Source: Macrostomum lignano (Eukaryota). Taken from it: 64,000 bases of DNA. The stretch lies in assembly GCA_002269645.1 (NCBI GenBank), contig NIVC01001908.1:158885-222884 (forward strand), in the 5' to 3' direction. Under the pieces are notes generated by a model that saw only the letters and a list, made by a program, of their open reading frames with translations, was not told the DNA's origin and ran no database searches. Position numbers and translations under genes: made by a program. This document shows positions 34,627 to 47,992 of the stretch, piece after piece; within the stretch, counting starts at the first letter, position 1, and the number at the start of each line of letters is the position of its first letter.

Positions 34627-35248
34627 CTGCTCACTTTCAGCAATTCACTCTATCAATTGGCTCTACTAGGCTGTTTAATTGGTCCAGTTATCACTGGTCA
34701 GACTTTTAGCACTGGTTATTATTAACTCGTTTAAAATAATTGTGTCAAGTTTGGATTTCCAATGAGTAATTTTGATTTAGGGCCGGATGCAATTGCTAAT
34801 TGCAAGGACTGCTGTTCACTGTATATATACGAGTACATAATCGTTTTCTTGATTACACAGTCTGGAAGGTTAATATGAAGCACGAATCGAAGTTATATTT
34901 CTGGACGCAATATAAATTCCCGATTCATATTAGCTGCATTGATTGAGTTGTCTAAGGTCGAAACAGGACTTTCAGTTAATGGTGGGTGTCTGGAAGTGAG
35001 AATTCATGGTATATTATTACCATGTTTTCTCACTTCCAGCTAACTTCATTGGTCAATTTGTCCATCAGGATCCGAGTGGGAAGGGGGAATGGGGGTGTGG
35101 GAGCGAAGCCCCCACTTTCAACCATAGACTATTTTATTTTACGCTCATAGACTCGTTCGTTTTCTAAAATGTAATCCCGATAAATTGCTTTATTGTCAAT
35201 TTCAAACAATGATCGATCATTGCTTGAATGTCATTGCCTTAACGTAAA

Positions 35249-35517
35249 TTACCATAGACATTTTGAACAATGACCAGCCATTAAGCAGAGGTCATTACTG
35301 CATGTGAAGTGAAATTTGGCTCAATAAAACTCTGTTGCCATTACGAGTATAACAAGTTTGAATTCCTTTGCTGGTCTCTCAGTCAAGTTTGCTTAGTCAG
35401 AAACTTGCGTATTGTCACTGGTCCAGCCTGTCTTTGTCCTGTAGAAATTCAAATTTTAAAGGGGGCTTCAATATACTGCTTAATAGTCGGTTTTTCTTAC
35501 TTAAATGTCTATGGCAA
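35249..35517. mobile_element. Small MITE-like element with 15-bp TIRs TTACCATAGACATTT / AAATGTCTATGGCAA
   Basis: 14 of 15 positions match as an inverted repeat, about 270 bp apart. Confidence 0.45.
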
Positions 35518-35519
35518 CG

Positions 35520-35655
35520 CACGAGTGGTCCGGATCACGTGGCCCGCCAGTTGAAGCCGCTGCCGACTCAGGATGATGGACGGGCGTAGCAGCTGGGCCC
35601 TCTGGTACAGGGTCTCAAGCCCGACGCTCTCGTCAGCTCGAAAGGCCACACGGAG
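35520..35655 (-). mobile_element. Short fragment of an RTE/RTE-X-like LINE ORF2 C-terminus
   Basis: Minus strand reads VAFRADESVGLETLYQRAQLLRPSIILSRQRLQLAGHVIR, matching the RRL(R/Q)xAGHxxR motif. Confidence 0.55.
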
Positions 35656-37567
35656 CAAAAAATGGTCTTCAACTTTTTCATATAGACATATTTTAGATAG
35701 GACTGGCCGATTTCATTTGACCCATTTGGTTCAGTCGGTGAGCCGGTGAGAGTTCAAGTTTTACAAATCTATTTAAAATAAATTCGATTGTTTTCTGCCA
35801 CTATTTCCAAGCAATACAGAGAAAGGGCTTCTGCAAGTTGTTCAGTCGGCTGCGCTTGACACGAAAAAATATACTCGTAGTTAAATTGTTCATGGGTGTA
35901 AATATTGGACCATCATTTCATCTCAGACGTAACAGGTATACATTTTTGAGAAAGAAATACAAGTGAGAAATTGCAGTTACATTGACGATTTACAATGTCG
36001 CGACCATATGCTCGTGGTAAGAATTCAGTCCATGTGCAGAACAAAAAATTTTCTGCTAGATTCTATTGAACCATATTATTTTCGACGCAGTATTGGTTTT
36101 TGGCAAAGTGCAAACAGCTAATTAGTAATAATAATATGAATATTGGGCTTAAAACTACTAGATAAATTGAGATAACAGGCGCTATTAAAAAAATTCATAT
36201 GCAAAACAACAACAAAGCAAATTGACGGTGCGCACGTGGAGAGATTTTTTATTCCAAAGCAGCAATTTCATTTTTCGGTAAACAACGTATTCTACTATTA
36301 GTAGAAACAAATGAACTTGCATAGAAAAACTGTTTGACAGAGTTATAGGACCTTCAATTTCGGGCAAGGAGGCGCAAGCCACTGAAATAATAACTGATTT
36401 AGTGCATTCATAATCTGTTTTAGCGTTACTGCCAGTACGATAAGGTATACGGTAAGCATACAATCAATTGTGAGTGTTATATATGCTATTGTCACATTCT
36501 TTCTCTTATTATTTCTCGTTGTGTAATTTTGTGATTATCAAACGCCAACTTTTCAACATCTACCATAGACTATGGTGGAACTGCGAGTTTATTTTTCATA
36601 TCAACGAGAAATCAGCTTCAATTTACAGTTTACAGTTTTTAGTTGTTTATAGTTGCAATTCTCAATGACGCAGATGTCTCTAACCATTCAAGTTGAAAGT
36701 GCAGCCAGAGAAATGACAATCCGTGAAGATAGTTGAGACGTTCTGCCTACTAAGTGTAATGTTCTGGTTACTCACGTCCATCGTGCTTGACGATGTATTC
36801 GCTGGATGAAACGCCATCGAGACTATCAACCGGCAGATGAGACCAATTGATAAGATGCGTAGCGGTCATGTTTAAGGCAGGCAAGCGAAGACGGCTTAAA
36901 ATGAAAAACTGAGAAGTCTTCGCTGTAACTTAGAACATTTAAGACCAAAGTTTCTGACGAATTACCATAGACGGTATCTAAATTTAGTCATGCATTATCA
37001 ACCATTGTCTCATGATTTCTACACAAAATAGGCGTTTAATAATCTTTCATTATCAAAGCCTAAAACCATAGACACAACTAACCATTAACTACAGCATTTT
37101 CTTGAGTCGGGGATATATTGAATATAATTATGCGAAAGCTATAACACACGCAGCAGACATCTAGATGCGAAGGTACAGTATAGGCAGCACAGCGTTGGTA
37201 TTGCAGGAGAATACGATAGTGTTCCATTAACAGGGACGCAGCGTTCAATTCCAGGAAGGATTGAATAGCCAGGGACCACTGTAGTATAACAGGACGTAAC
37301 AGCAACCTGACCCCGCCTGAACGGACCCTGCAAGTTTGACTTAAGTTGTGTATGAATTTTTTCATAACATAAATACTATAACTTTGACTCCGAATACGGC
37401 ATTGAAATGAGGAAAATTTAACGAAGCAAGACAGAAAAAAGTGACTTAGTCTCCGAGGGAACTTCAACAACACGTTCTCACGCCTCATAAGAGTGGAAAG
37501 CTGCCACTTAAGTAGCTTTGCAGACGGTGTACCGAATTCGATAGGCGGCTGGTAACAACGGGCCAAA

Positions 37568-38524
37568 TCAGACAAACTCGCCCGGGTCGTCATCGATCGA
37601 GTTCAGCGGCTGAGCGTGCGGGTGCGTGTTAGGCAGGCGGCGCTTGGCCGCTGAGGCCGCCGCAGCGCCGCGGCCGGAGCCCGGTCCCCGATCCCCGACT
37701 TGCGGAGCGGACGGCGGCAGCGGCTCCTTGAGATCGTTGGGTAGGCCGATGGACAGCATGCAGCGGCCCTTGTACATGAGCCAGAGGGCCTCAGTGACCT
37801 CGCTGGCGACCAGTTCGCCGGAGTTCTGTGCAATCAGCCGCAGTATGAACACGCCATCCGGGCGCAGGTACTCGTCGACGAACTGGAAGCTTTTCTTCTT
37901 GTCACCCGGTTCCAGAATGTTGCGCAGCTTGAGAAACTTTCGCACAAAGTGAGACCGATTAGTGCGAAATACTGACTTGTAAATCCAGAACATGAAGCTG
38001 CTAATGCTGACCACTGACACTAGGATCATCCAGAACCACAAGAAGATGTAGATCTTTTCGTTGAACATGTTGATGGGCAGGACGCACTGCACAGTGTGCC
38101 TGTGATTGTTGGCACCCACCCGGCGCACGTAGAAATCGCAGAGGGTGATGCGGGGAAAATTGCCGCTTTCCTCCCACTGTCGGCCCTCCGCGAGATCTCG
38201 CAGCAGCTCCAGTCCGTAGAAAGTGTAGTTGGTGCCCAGGTACTTGTTCATCAGGAAAAACTGTCCGATGACATTGCAGATGTAGCAGGCCTTGCAGATT
38301 AGATACAGGCAAACTAGAAAGTTTCCGTAGCGCTTGCCGAACCAGAAAAAGCAGCAATTTTTGGCTACGCACTGCCTGAGTTTGGTTGCACAGCCTGAGC
38401 GGTACTCGCGATGCGAGCCGAGCGAATCCTCGATGTGCTTGGCAACATAGCGCACACTGGTCTGCCGGCTCAGAGGATCCTTGATCATCTCCACGTCACA
38501 GGCCACCTCCATTATGTTTGACAA
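37568..38524 (-). CDS. inx: Innexin A, coding exon 2 (intracellular loop, TM3, EL2, TM4, C-tail)
   Basis: Acceptor ttgcag|TTG at 38525/38524, phase 0. Motifs GNFL...Y...K..Y, FPRITLCDF, QCVLPINMFNEKIYIFLWFW and YLRPDGVFILRLI. Confidence 0.95.
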   Translation of the reverse strand: MSNIMEVACDVEMIKDPLSRQTSVRYVAKHIEDSLGSHREYRSGCATKLRQCVAKNCCFFWFGKRYGNFLVCLYLICKACYICNVIGQFFLMNKYLGTNYTFYGLELLRDLAEGRQWEESGNFPRITLCDFYVRRVGANNHRHTVQCVLPINMFNEKIYIFLWFWMILVSVVSISSFMFWIYKSVFRTNRSHFVRKFLKLRNILEPGDKKKSFQFVDEYLRPDGVFILRLIAQNSGELVASEVTEALWLMYKGRCMLSIGLPNDLKEPLPPSAPQVGDRGPGSGRGAAAASAAKRRLPNTHPHAQPLNSIDDDPGEFV

Positions 38525-39644
38525 CTGCAATTGGTTTTTAAAGCGAAGAAAGGTGATTTTAATAAAATTTTATGTAGCAAAATTCTCTGTAGCACCGTGT
38601 TACCATGGGATGAGAAGTAGGTGTGACCCGTCATTAATCAGAGAGTTTTCAAGCACTCATACGTGTATGAATCCTAAACCAGCCATAAGATAGTCATTTT
38701 TGTTTTCACCCATCAGTCTTGTAGGCTTGAAGCTTGCAAAATACAGTCATTATCTGAAGAAACAACAAAAGATCAACTGAAATTTCTGATCAAGAACACC
38801 TGAGGTTCCCAAAATTCTGTCAAATTGATGGGTGAGCAGAAGAGGTCTTCAACAAAGGAAAGCCTCAATTTTCCCAAATTATAAATTTACAAGAATGAAA
38901 CTCCCGGCTCATTAGGAAGTCGCTACTAGGTAGCAAGCATGTTCTAAGGATAAGAATGAGTCTGTTGTTGTCCAGAGCTCGCTCATATCTCGGCCATCCT
39001 TGAACGCATTTGTCCCTGACGTCACTTATCTCGCGCCTTCTACCTGTAACAGTATTCAAATTACTAATCAAGCTAACATACTTTCACATAGGTTTTACAT
39101 TCATTGACCTGGACTATCCAATTTAGTTCATTTCTCGCTTGCCCATACTCAGTAAGTTCACAGGGTGAGGATGCAACGCCTTCTATAGTGTTTGCGGTAA
39201 TTCCTGGTTGACACGCATCAGTTTCTACCCGGTTGAGCTCTTTGTGCTCATTCGGCTTTTCAACGGGCACGCGGATGCGGGGAGGATTAAGGTGCCGGCT
39301 TACCATCAATCGCCGGCTCAGCTCACCTTTTTGCATGCAATGCAGCGGGCTGAGTTGTTTTAAAAGACAAGCAGCCCTTTTGTTCATAGTCGGTTGCATC
39401 TATTTCTACATTTTCACTTTGCCTTGCGTGACAGTCGGCTTCTCTTGCGCTCATTCTTATTATTCTTCTTTTCTTCTAAAAGCGGATAGAAAGCGCGATT
39501 ATGACTCTATCCCGGGCCTCGGAGAACTGCCTTCTCTTTAACCCATGTAGCCTCCACATCTTGCTATTCAGCATTAGACTGACGGATAAATTGAAGTGTT
39601 GTTATCTTATATAGCTCGCATCTGGACTATAATTATCAGCAATA

Positions 39645-40500
39645 CACTTTTTCCGTTCAATTTCAACAAAACTCGCATTCTATTTCGGCAAGCTGACATT
39701 CAATTTCATCATTCTATATTTAGCTACTTCAACCGTCATTCCAATTCGTCAAGCGGCATTCAATTTCGGCAATTGGATATTCTATTTCCTACCATAGTAA
39801 GGGTGCTAATTTGTCTATGGACAAAACTGTCTTCTGCATGCAGATTTCCCATTCAATTTCAACATGAAGGTACGAGAGCAGAGGCAGAAGCGGCTTTATG
39901 GGTTGCGTCAGATGGACACAATCCTGTCCGTTCTCATGTGCGTCAAGAAGGCAGTTTCTGTCTCTCGTCCGTAATGGACCTTAGGGTTCAACCTCATCAT
40001 CTTCGTCACCGATTTCTTCTTCATCTCCTGATTCTTCCAACATCTCCTCGTCGCTCATTCTTCTTGATTTGTACAGTAATATCTTTTCAAAATGAATTCA
40101 GTGTATGCTCCCGTACATGAAACAAAATTATGTCTTCTGGAAGCGAACTTGAAGGAGAGCACTCGGTTTAAAGAGGGATGCTATAGAGAGCCTCAGACAG
40201 TTACAGTATTTGTTGTTAGCTTGGGAGGGGGCTACTGAAGATTGTTAAAGTAAACTAAAAAACAGCGCGCTAAAAATATTGTGTTGAAATTGAATGCAGT
40301 AACTTGCAGGAGCAAGTTTTATCCATAGACAGAATGAACGCTCTTAATTTGATATGAAATAGAATATCCGATTGCTGAAATTGAATGGGTCAATGACGAA
40401 TTGGAATGACGGTTGAAGTAGCTAAATATAGAATGATGAAATTGAATTTCAGCTTGCCGAAATAGAATGCGAGTTTTGTTGAAATTGAACGGAAAAAGTG
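39645..40500. mobile_element. Foldback-type MITE (856 bp) with about 177-bp TIRs and TA TSD, inside the innexin A intron
   Basis: TA|CACTTTTTCCGTTCAATTTC... (39645-39820) is the reverse complement of 40323-40500 ...GAAATTGAACGGAAAAAGTG|TA. Near-perfect over the outer ~110 bp. Confidence 0.85.
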
Positions 40501-41242
40501 TACAACCTTATATTCGTGCAAGAAATGCAACAAAATTGCAAGAAAATTCCTGGCAACAATAGCGAAATGCTCTATGTTAGAGACATACTGGGTGTTGGAG
40601 TTGAGCATAATATCTATGGTAGAAGTCTGTTTCTGATGAGTTGATGGGTAGATAGTTGAGTCGTAAACCAACGAGTTCAATTACCACACTGGGATGTTCT
40701 CTTCTTGAGAATGCTGATTGCTGAATGTCAAGCGAGAAGCTTAAATGTTTAAATTCTGAATCAGCAATCGGTAGCTACCTTTAGGTGGTAGGTCTAGGCG
40801 GTAGAAATCCCCAACCTACGCCAAAGATGCTCTCAATGAGCTGAGAGAACTTTAACAAGAAGCGATTCCGAAGTCGTTGCCTGGAAGAACAGCGGTCTAA
40901 AGAGTCTGCTATCCATTTTCGTGACCTTCTGAATTCTAAATTGTCAATCTAACTGGTGTTTGCAGTAGTTTTTTTAGAGTGAAACTAGCAGTTCAACTGA
41001 AGTTCCAAACGGACATTAAAACCGTAAAAAGGTGCAGTTGAACTCACAAAATCTGCCCCCCCCCCAGCCTTCTGCCTGTTCTGTGTATCTGTTGCACATT
41101 CAGTTAGGAATAGGAAGATCGCTCCTTGCTAAAAGAATATCTATGGTAGGAAAACAGTGCATACCATCCCAGGCACGGAGATGGTTCAAAACTCGACACG
41201 AAGGATTTGAATATGAAGGATTACTACAGCCGCTAAGCCTAC

Positions 41243-41650
41243 CTGGATTCCAGACTGCCAATTAAACAGTCGCCAGATCAGGCATGGCAGGTTGAACAGG
41301 AAAGCTTGAATCAGCAGCACCAGCGGCACCCACTGGTAGTAGCCAATGGTCTGTTGGTAGCGCTCAATGCTGTCTTTGGGGTAATTAACATTCCCGGGGT
41401 TTATAAAGTAGGTGCTGGTGATCCAGCAGACGTTCTCCGTGTACTCCTCCTGTGCCCTGGTGAACTCGGTCGGCACCCAGCAGGCGATGGGCTTGCCGAT
41501 GTACTGCCTGCATGAAATGACGAGTGAGAACACCACAATTATTGCCGTAGTGAAGGTGTGCGAAATTCGGTCAGCAAAGTCGTCATCTTTGCGCAGCCGT
41601 GCCGAGTCGAGCTTGAACTTGGACAGGCCGGTAACGAAGGCGGTGTCCAT
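41243..41650 (-). CDS. inx: Innexin A, coding exon 1 (N-terminus, TM1, EL1, TM2)
   Basis: MDTAF...DDDFADRISH...QYIGKPIACW...CW...YYQWVP...LP.L.W. Donor CAG|GTAGGC at 41243/41242. Spliced product is about 454 aa. Confidence 0.95.
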
Positions 41651-41834
41651 TGGGAAGGCGCCAGTCACATGCTCGAAGTTTCTGCAGTTTTGGTGAGGAT
41701 TCTTAAGATAAAGATATTAAAATAGTCATTTTAGTAGCTTCCAATACACGGCTAATAGATTGTAGTAAAATAATTATTTGCTAATATTCAGCCGCAGGGC
41801 TTTGGGTGTTGGAGCAAGTCAAAATGACAGTCGA

Positions 41835-41945
41835 TTTAATACGCCCATTCCACTGACCCCAGAGCGAACAAGGGCACGCGCTCACAAGGGTGTACAGCGG
41901 CACTGACTTTCTCAACGTCAGACAGTGTACACAATCTGTGCCTTA
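41835..41945 (-). mobile_element. Fragment of the hairpin-domain SINE family (see 27076-27443)
   Basis: GCCCATTCC..CCCCAGAGC..GGCACGCGCTCACAAGGGTGTACAGCGGCACTGAC..GTCAG..TGTACAC aligns with the reverse complement of 27230-27350. Confidence 0.65.
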
Positions 41946-44674
41946 GTGTTGTCGTTTACAGACTGGCATTATTAAGCTTCAACAATTAATTTGACCGCAT
42001 TCAGAGTCAGTCGCTAACACAAATTTTGGTCGACTTTTATAACGACTAAACTTAAAGAACGTAGGGCTACGTAGCTTGTACTTTAGGCCATCGGATATTA
42101 CGATGTGTGCAAGTCATCGAGGTTGATAGTTGATGCCTTACGAGTGTTCCAAACTTGACTGCTTGCCAACTTTCATATCGGACACTGATAGGCTGCTTGT
42201 GCTTTTGAGAAGCTCAGCAACGGGAAGAAATTGTAAGTACGCTCGTAGGCTTAAAAAGGGGAGTTTAAAATCTTACAAAACCGTGTTTTCCCATGCGCTA
42301 TCGGTTGAAAGAAAGCTTTCCACTTCGTTGGTTAATTCACTTTGAGAGAAGCTTAAACGGAATTGATCAGCACAGGATCTTTCCTGAAATTAACAGAAAT
42401 GATTGCAGAAGCAAAAGACCTTTTGCAATGTTGAAATAATAAACTGTTTTTGACTAGATCAGCCATACTTGTTTGTCCACAAAGTCCTTATTCGACAATA
42501 AACGCCTGATCGGTTAAATAAAATGCAGTTGCTCACTAAAACGGGTAACGGTTGGAATTATTTTTATCAGCCACAACTAAACCACTTTGTCGCCATTCAG
42601 CCATCAGTTTCAGGGTCCTGCAAGAGAGCGTGACAGCAGCAGAGAGCTGATATTGAATAATTAACGAGGGCTCATCATTCCTACTTTGGGGGTTGCAGGA
42701 CGGCGACTGAGAGGCTGGAAGTTTTTTGCTAGAATCGTTATCAAAGTTTTTTTTTCTAGGCGTTGATCCCCAGGGGCAGGGTGATGCATTTAGCCTAAAA
42801 CGGCTGCGTTGACTTTGGGGCAGCAGTTTTAGTTTCCATCCACTACCCCCCCCCAGTGCCACACTTCAGGATTTATTTCAATTTAAAGGGCTACCTAGCG
42901 GTTTTACAATCGGATGGTTCTGTAGGCTTGCACTGGATAGTATATTACCTTAGCTGCAGCTTCATCCACAAAAATAGTTTTATTTCATAGTTAAAAAATG
43001 AGTTGACTGTATTGAAGATCAAATAGACATCAAAACCGTTAATTAAGCAATTGATAAGAATCGCTTGGTCCCGAGCGGGTTCTCGGCCGACGTTTATCTC
43101 CCAAAACAAGCCTCATCGCTTCCCGCGAGTTCTCTTTGCTACCGTCGATTGAGCCGGATCGATGGAATCCCCTCTGGGATCCATCTTCAACGATGGGGAG
43201 GAGTAGCGCGCGAGAAGAGATGGAGATTAGACTGGGCGAAGTCTTGAGGCCGGGTCAATAGAGTATTTAACTAGCATTTCTAGCAGCAGGCCTTACTGGA
43301 CTCTCCAATGCTGCTCTGAACACTCTGGGCTGGTCCTTCTCTTTGCTGACACTCCAAGCTTCGACCTGATATCTAATCACTGGATATCCGGGTCAGAGAT
43401 TGGACAGCTGCCCCCAGTAACTGGCATATGCAAGTGCTGGGAGCTGAATAACTGCCCTCTAGGGGGGGAGTCTGTCGGGTCCGCCCGCCTATCTTCCAAC
43501 CAGAAGCCTGAAAGGATCAATCCGATTGGAAATTCTTTATTGGGCCCAAGTTCCTCTTCTCCGCTAGCCGGCTTCAAGCTTTAAACAGGTTCAATTGTGT
43601 ACTACGAAGTATCAACTGTGCTGATTTTACGAGCATTATGTAGTGTGAGGGGATGGGGCTGAAAAAGCGCGTGACAGGAGTGCACTGGGCGCGCAAAAAC
43701 CGACAATTTTGTCAATGTACTTATCAAACAATGAGCAGCACTTTATTCTGATACTTTTACGAATTAATTTTATGAAGAATTCATTCTGGCAAGCTTCCAC
43801 TCTCCGTCATATCCAGCTGCCAGTTTTGCTTCCCAATCATTTGAAGCTCGCGCGTCCGTCACACGACTTGACTTCTAAGTTCGTTTCCAGCTGGGCCACC
43901 AATTGGCTTCATCAAACAAGAATGGGAAGCTGGAACCGAAGGCTGCCAAGATAGGGGCAGAGAAGGAGCCAGCGAGGGACTGAAGGAAAGCTATAGAAGG
44001 GAATTAATTGACCCACGTATCGCCTTTCATCGCTGCCAACGTACGGCCCAGGTACCCGTGCAGGTCTGAAAGGTGTAACGCCGGCCGTACTCGCCAAAAT
44101 TAGGACATTAATTCCATCTGACTCTGTCTAATCCGTTCCAACTCTTCTGGCACAAAGAGGAATTAAGAAACCGAGCCAAGCTGCAGAAAAAACCCGAAGA
44201 CTGCTGTCTCTCTCTCCTCTGAGACTCAATGGCTTCTGAGCTGCATCTCTCTTGGACTCTTTTAGCCACCTCCAAATGCCGAAGGCGAAGGGACGCTGGA
44301 GCCCCGCCCTCTTGCGTCTTTTAGAATCCCTACCCATGCCGACGGATCCACTTCCCTGCGCGCTCGGCTGTGTGTCATTCGGACTCCCTGTGCAGCTCAC
44401 GGCTTCCTCGTATCCTCATCGTGTAGCGTCCGCAACCGTACGTTTCAATTGCTCCCGGGACAGTGGGGAAATAAGCGCAAGAAAATGACAAGATCGAAAG
44501 GGAGAAATTTTGACTCGCTTCAGTGAGCACCGGCGCCTGGCGCTGTAATCGCCCTGCTGCCCTTCCTCATCGCCACTGCGGCACTCTTGAGCAGCGACGG
44601 CCGGCTCGAGCGATTGCTCAACTGAGGAAGCTGAAGTGCTTTTCACTTCCACTCTGTGTACTACTGCCACATTT

Positions 44675-45258
<584 letters not shown>

Positions 45259-45759
45259 AAGCAAGTTTGCGTGACTCACCTTCAAATTCCAACTACTCTT
45301 ATTTGCGACGCCGATAAAACAAAAATATTAATAACTTGCGCAGCCTAGACAGACTTCCAAATGAACGGCGAAGAGATATGGATAAATGCTCCCACAACCT
45401 CGGAGCCTCACTTGCGACCACCTCTTATTCAGCCCGAATTATGGGAAGGCAGACAGGGGTGGGAGAAAGGAAGAGAGAGAGATAGAGTGAGAGAGAGAGA
45501 GAGAGTGAGAGGGAAAATGCAAGTGGCAAAACTATAATTCTTAGAATAGTCTAGCCAGAGTCTAGCTAATTTTGCCTCTTTGTGGCTTACTACGAGCGCA
45601 CGAATCACTCGCTCCCTCGCCAACCGCTCATCTCGCTCTGTCAAACCTCTGAGCCCTGGGCCCGACTCGCTGACCCCTTGGTAAGAAAATGCGATGACTG
45701 GAGTTGGTCACCCGAATGTCTTGCTTTAATTGAATGCCCACACTCACACCAGAACTCAC

Positions 45760-46398
45760 TCACTAACACCAGAACTCACTCACTAAACCAGAACTCACTC
45801 ATACTAACATTCACACCAGCACTCACTCACACCAGCATTCACTCACACCAGCACTCACTCACACCAGCACTCACTCACACCAGCACTCACTCACACCAGC
45901 ACTCACTCACACCAGCACTCACTCACACCAGCACTCACTCACACCAGCACTCACTCACACCAGCACTCACTCACACCAGCACTCACTCACACCAGCACTC
46001 ACTCACACCAGCACTCACTCACACCAGCACTCACTCACACCAGCACTCACTCACACCAGCACTCACTCACACCAGCACTCACTCACACCAGCACTCACTC
46101 ACACCAGCACTCACTCACACCAGCACTCACTCACACCAGCACTCACTCACACCAGCACTCACTCACACCAGCACTCACTCACACCAGCACTCACTCACAC
46201 CAGCACTCACTCACACCAGCACTCACTCACACCAGCACTCACTCACACCAGCACTCACTCACACCAGTACTCACTCACACCGGCACTCACTCACACCAGC
46301 ACTCACTCACACCAGCACTCACTCACACCAGCATTCACTCACACCAGTACTCACTCACACCGGCACTCACTCACTCACACCAGCACTCACTCACACCA
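45760..46398. repeat. Minisatellite, about 40 x 16 bp (ACCAGCACTCACTCAC)
   Basis: Direct inspection. Confidence 0.95.
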
Positions 46399-46893
46399 AC
46401 ATTCACGTTCGTCAAGAGGTGAGATAGGATGAGATGAGAACAGTGACGCGTAATTGAGAGGCAATCCTAGCCGAGAGATACAATCTAACCTAGCTTTCTG
46501 GCGGATGCAATCGCTGTTTTGCACAGGAAATTGGTAGCTCTTGAAGGGATTGAGTCAAATAAAATATCAACGCAAAGATGCCGTGGGCTCAGAAATAGAA
46601 ACATGTCAAAGCTCAAAGGTTTTGCATATTACTTTAAAAGTCCCCATACTGACAGGATGCGAAGGGCTGTCAATGCGATCACCCAGAGAATTGAATTGTT
46701 GAAGTCAACAGAAGCGGCTCTTGAGGATTCTGTATTGAAATTAGCGGCAGAAAAACTCCTATCTATCTGGAAAAGTCCGTGAAGTTGAGCTGTACTATTA
46801 AATTGATTTGAACTTTGATTAAAAAAAAGCCGCAATTTTATCTGGCTGCTTGCCTCTTAGCTGTCGCCTTGAGGAGCCAAAGCCTCAGTAAGG

Positions 46894-47547
46894 CCAGAGA
46901 GTGTGGTCAGAGACAGTCTAACCCCAGGAAGTATGGTCAGAGACAGTCTAACCCCAGGAAGTATGGTCAGAGACAATGTAACCCCAGAGAGTATGGTCAG
47001 AGACAATGTAACCCCCAGAGAGTATGGTCAGAGACAATGTAACCCCCAGAGAGTGTGGTCAGAGACAATGTAAGCCCCAGAGAGTGTGGTCAGAGACAAT
47101 GTAAGCCCAGAGAGTATGGTCAGAGACAATGTAAGCCCAGAGAGTATGGTCAGAGACAATGTAACCCCCAGAGAGTATGGTCAGAGACAATGTAACCCCC
47201 AGAGAGTGTGGTCAGAGACAATGTAAGCCCCAGAGAGTGTGGTCAGAGACAATGTAAGCCCAGAGAGTATGGTCAGAGACAATGTAAGCCCAGAGAGTAT
47301 GGTCAGAGACAATGTAAGCCCAGAGAGTATGGTCAGAGACAATGTAAGCCCAGAGAGTATGGTCAGAGACAATGTAAGCCCAGAGAGTATGGTCAGAGAC
47401 AATGTAAGCCCAGAGAGTATGGTCAGAGACAATGTAAGCCCAGAGAGTATGGTCAGAGACAATGTAAGCCCAGAGAGTATGGTCAAGGACAATGTAAGCC
47501 CAGAGAGTATGGTCAAGGACAATGTAACCCCCAGAGAGTATGGTCAG
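46894..47547. repeat. Minisatellite, about 21 x 30-31 bp (CAGAGAGTATGGTCAGAGACAATGTAAGCC)
   Basis: Direct inspection. Confidence 0.95.
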
Positions 47548-47992
47548 AATTGATGAGCATCGCATCAAATATCTACAGCGCTCCGGCTATTCACGTTTTT
47601 CTAACCCACTAGGCAAAAAGCATTCAGAAATTACACGCACAAATGGCTAGAAATATAAAGAATGTAGTCAGTATGAATAATGCCGCGCGCTATCACTTAC
47701 CGGGTGCGATGCGTCCTATACATCACTCGAAACCTGACATTCCGTTGAAGTGACTCCCGTTGATGGCTGTCTAAACTGGCGAATTCTGTTTAAACAATAC
47801 CCCCCGGTTCAAGTTTGTGCATGAGTAGCTGGCAGATGAGATGAGGCTCAGTTTTATGACGCTACGGCCACTGCTCAGGACGGGCCAGTTGCTACCCAGG
47901 GATTGGCTAGCGGCAGATTGCTCAGTTCCTCAAGTCCCCCCGCTCAAAACAGCTTTTCCCCGCAGTCACCGCGTTCTTGGTTGGATAGACAT

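Noticed and set aside
45582-47612. HSHQ-repeat and YGQRQCKPRE-repeat ORFs
   Set aside because: Minisatellite read-through, with frame-breaking 31-bp units and no signal peptide or flanking coding signature.
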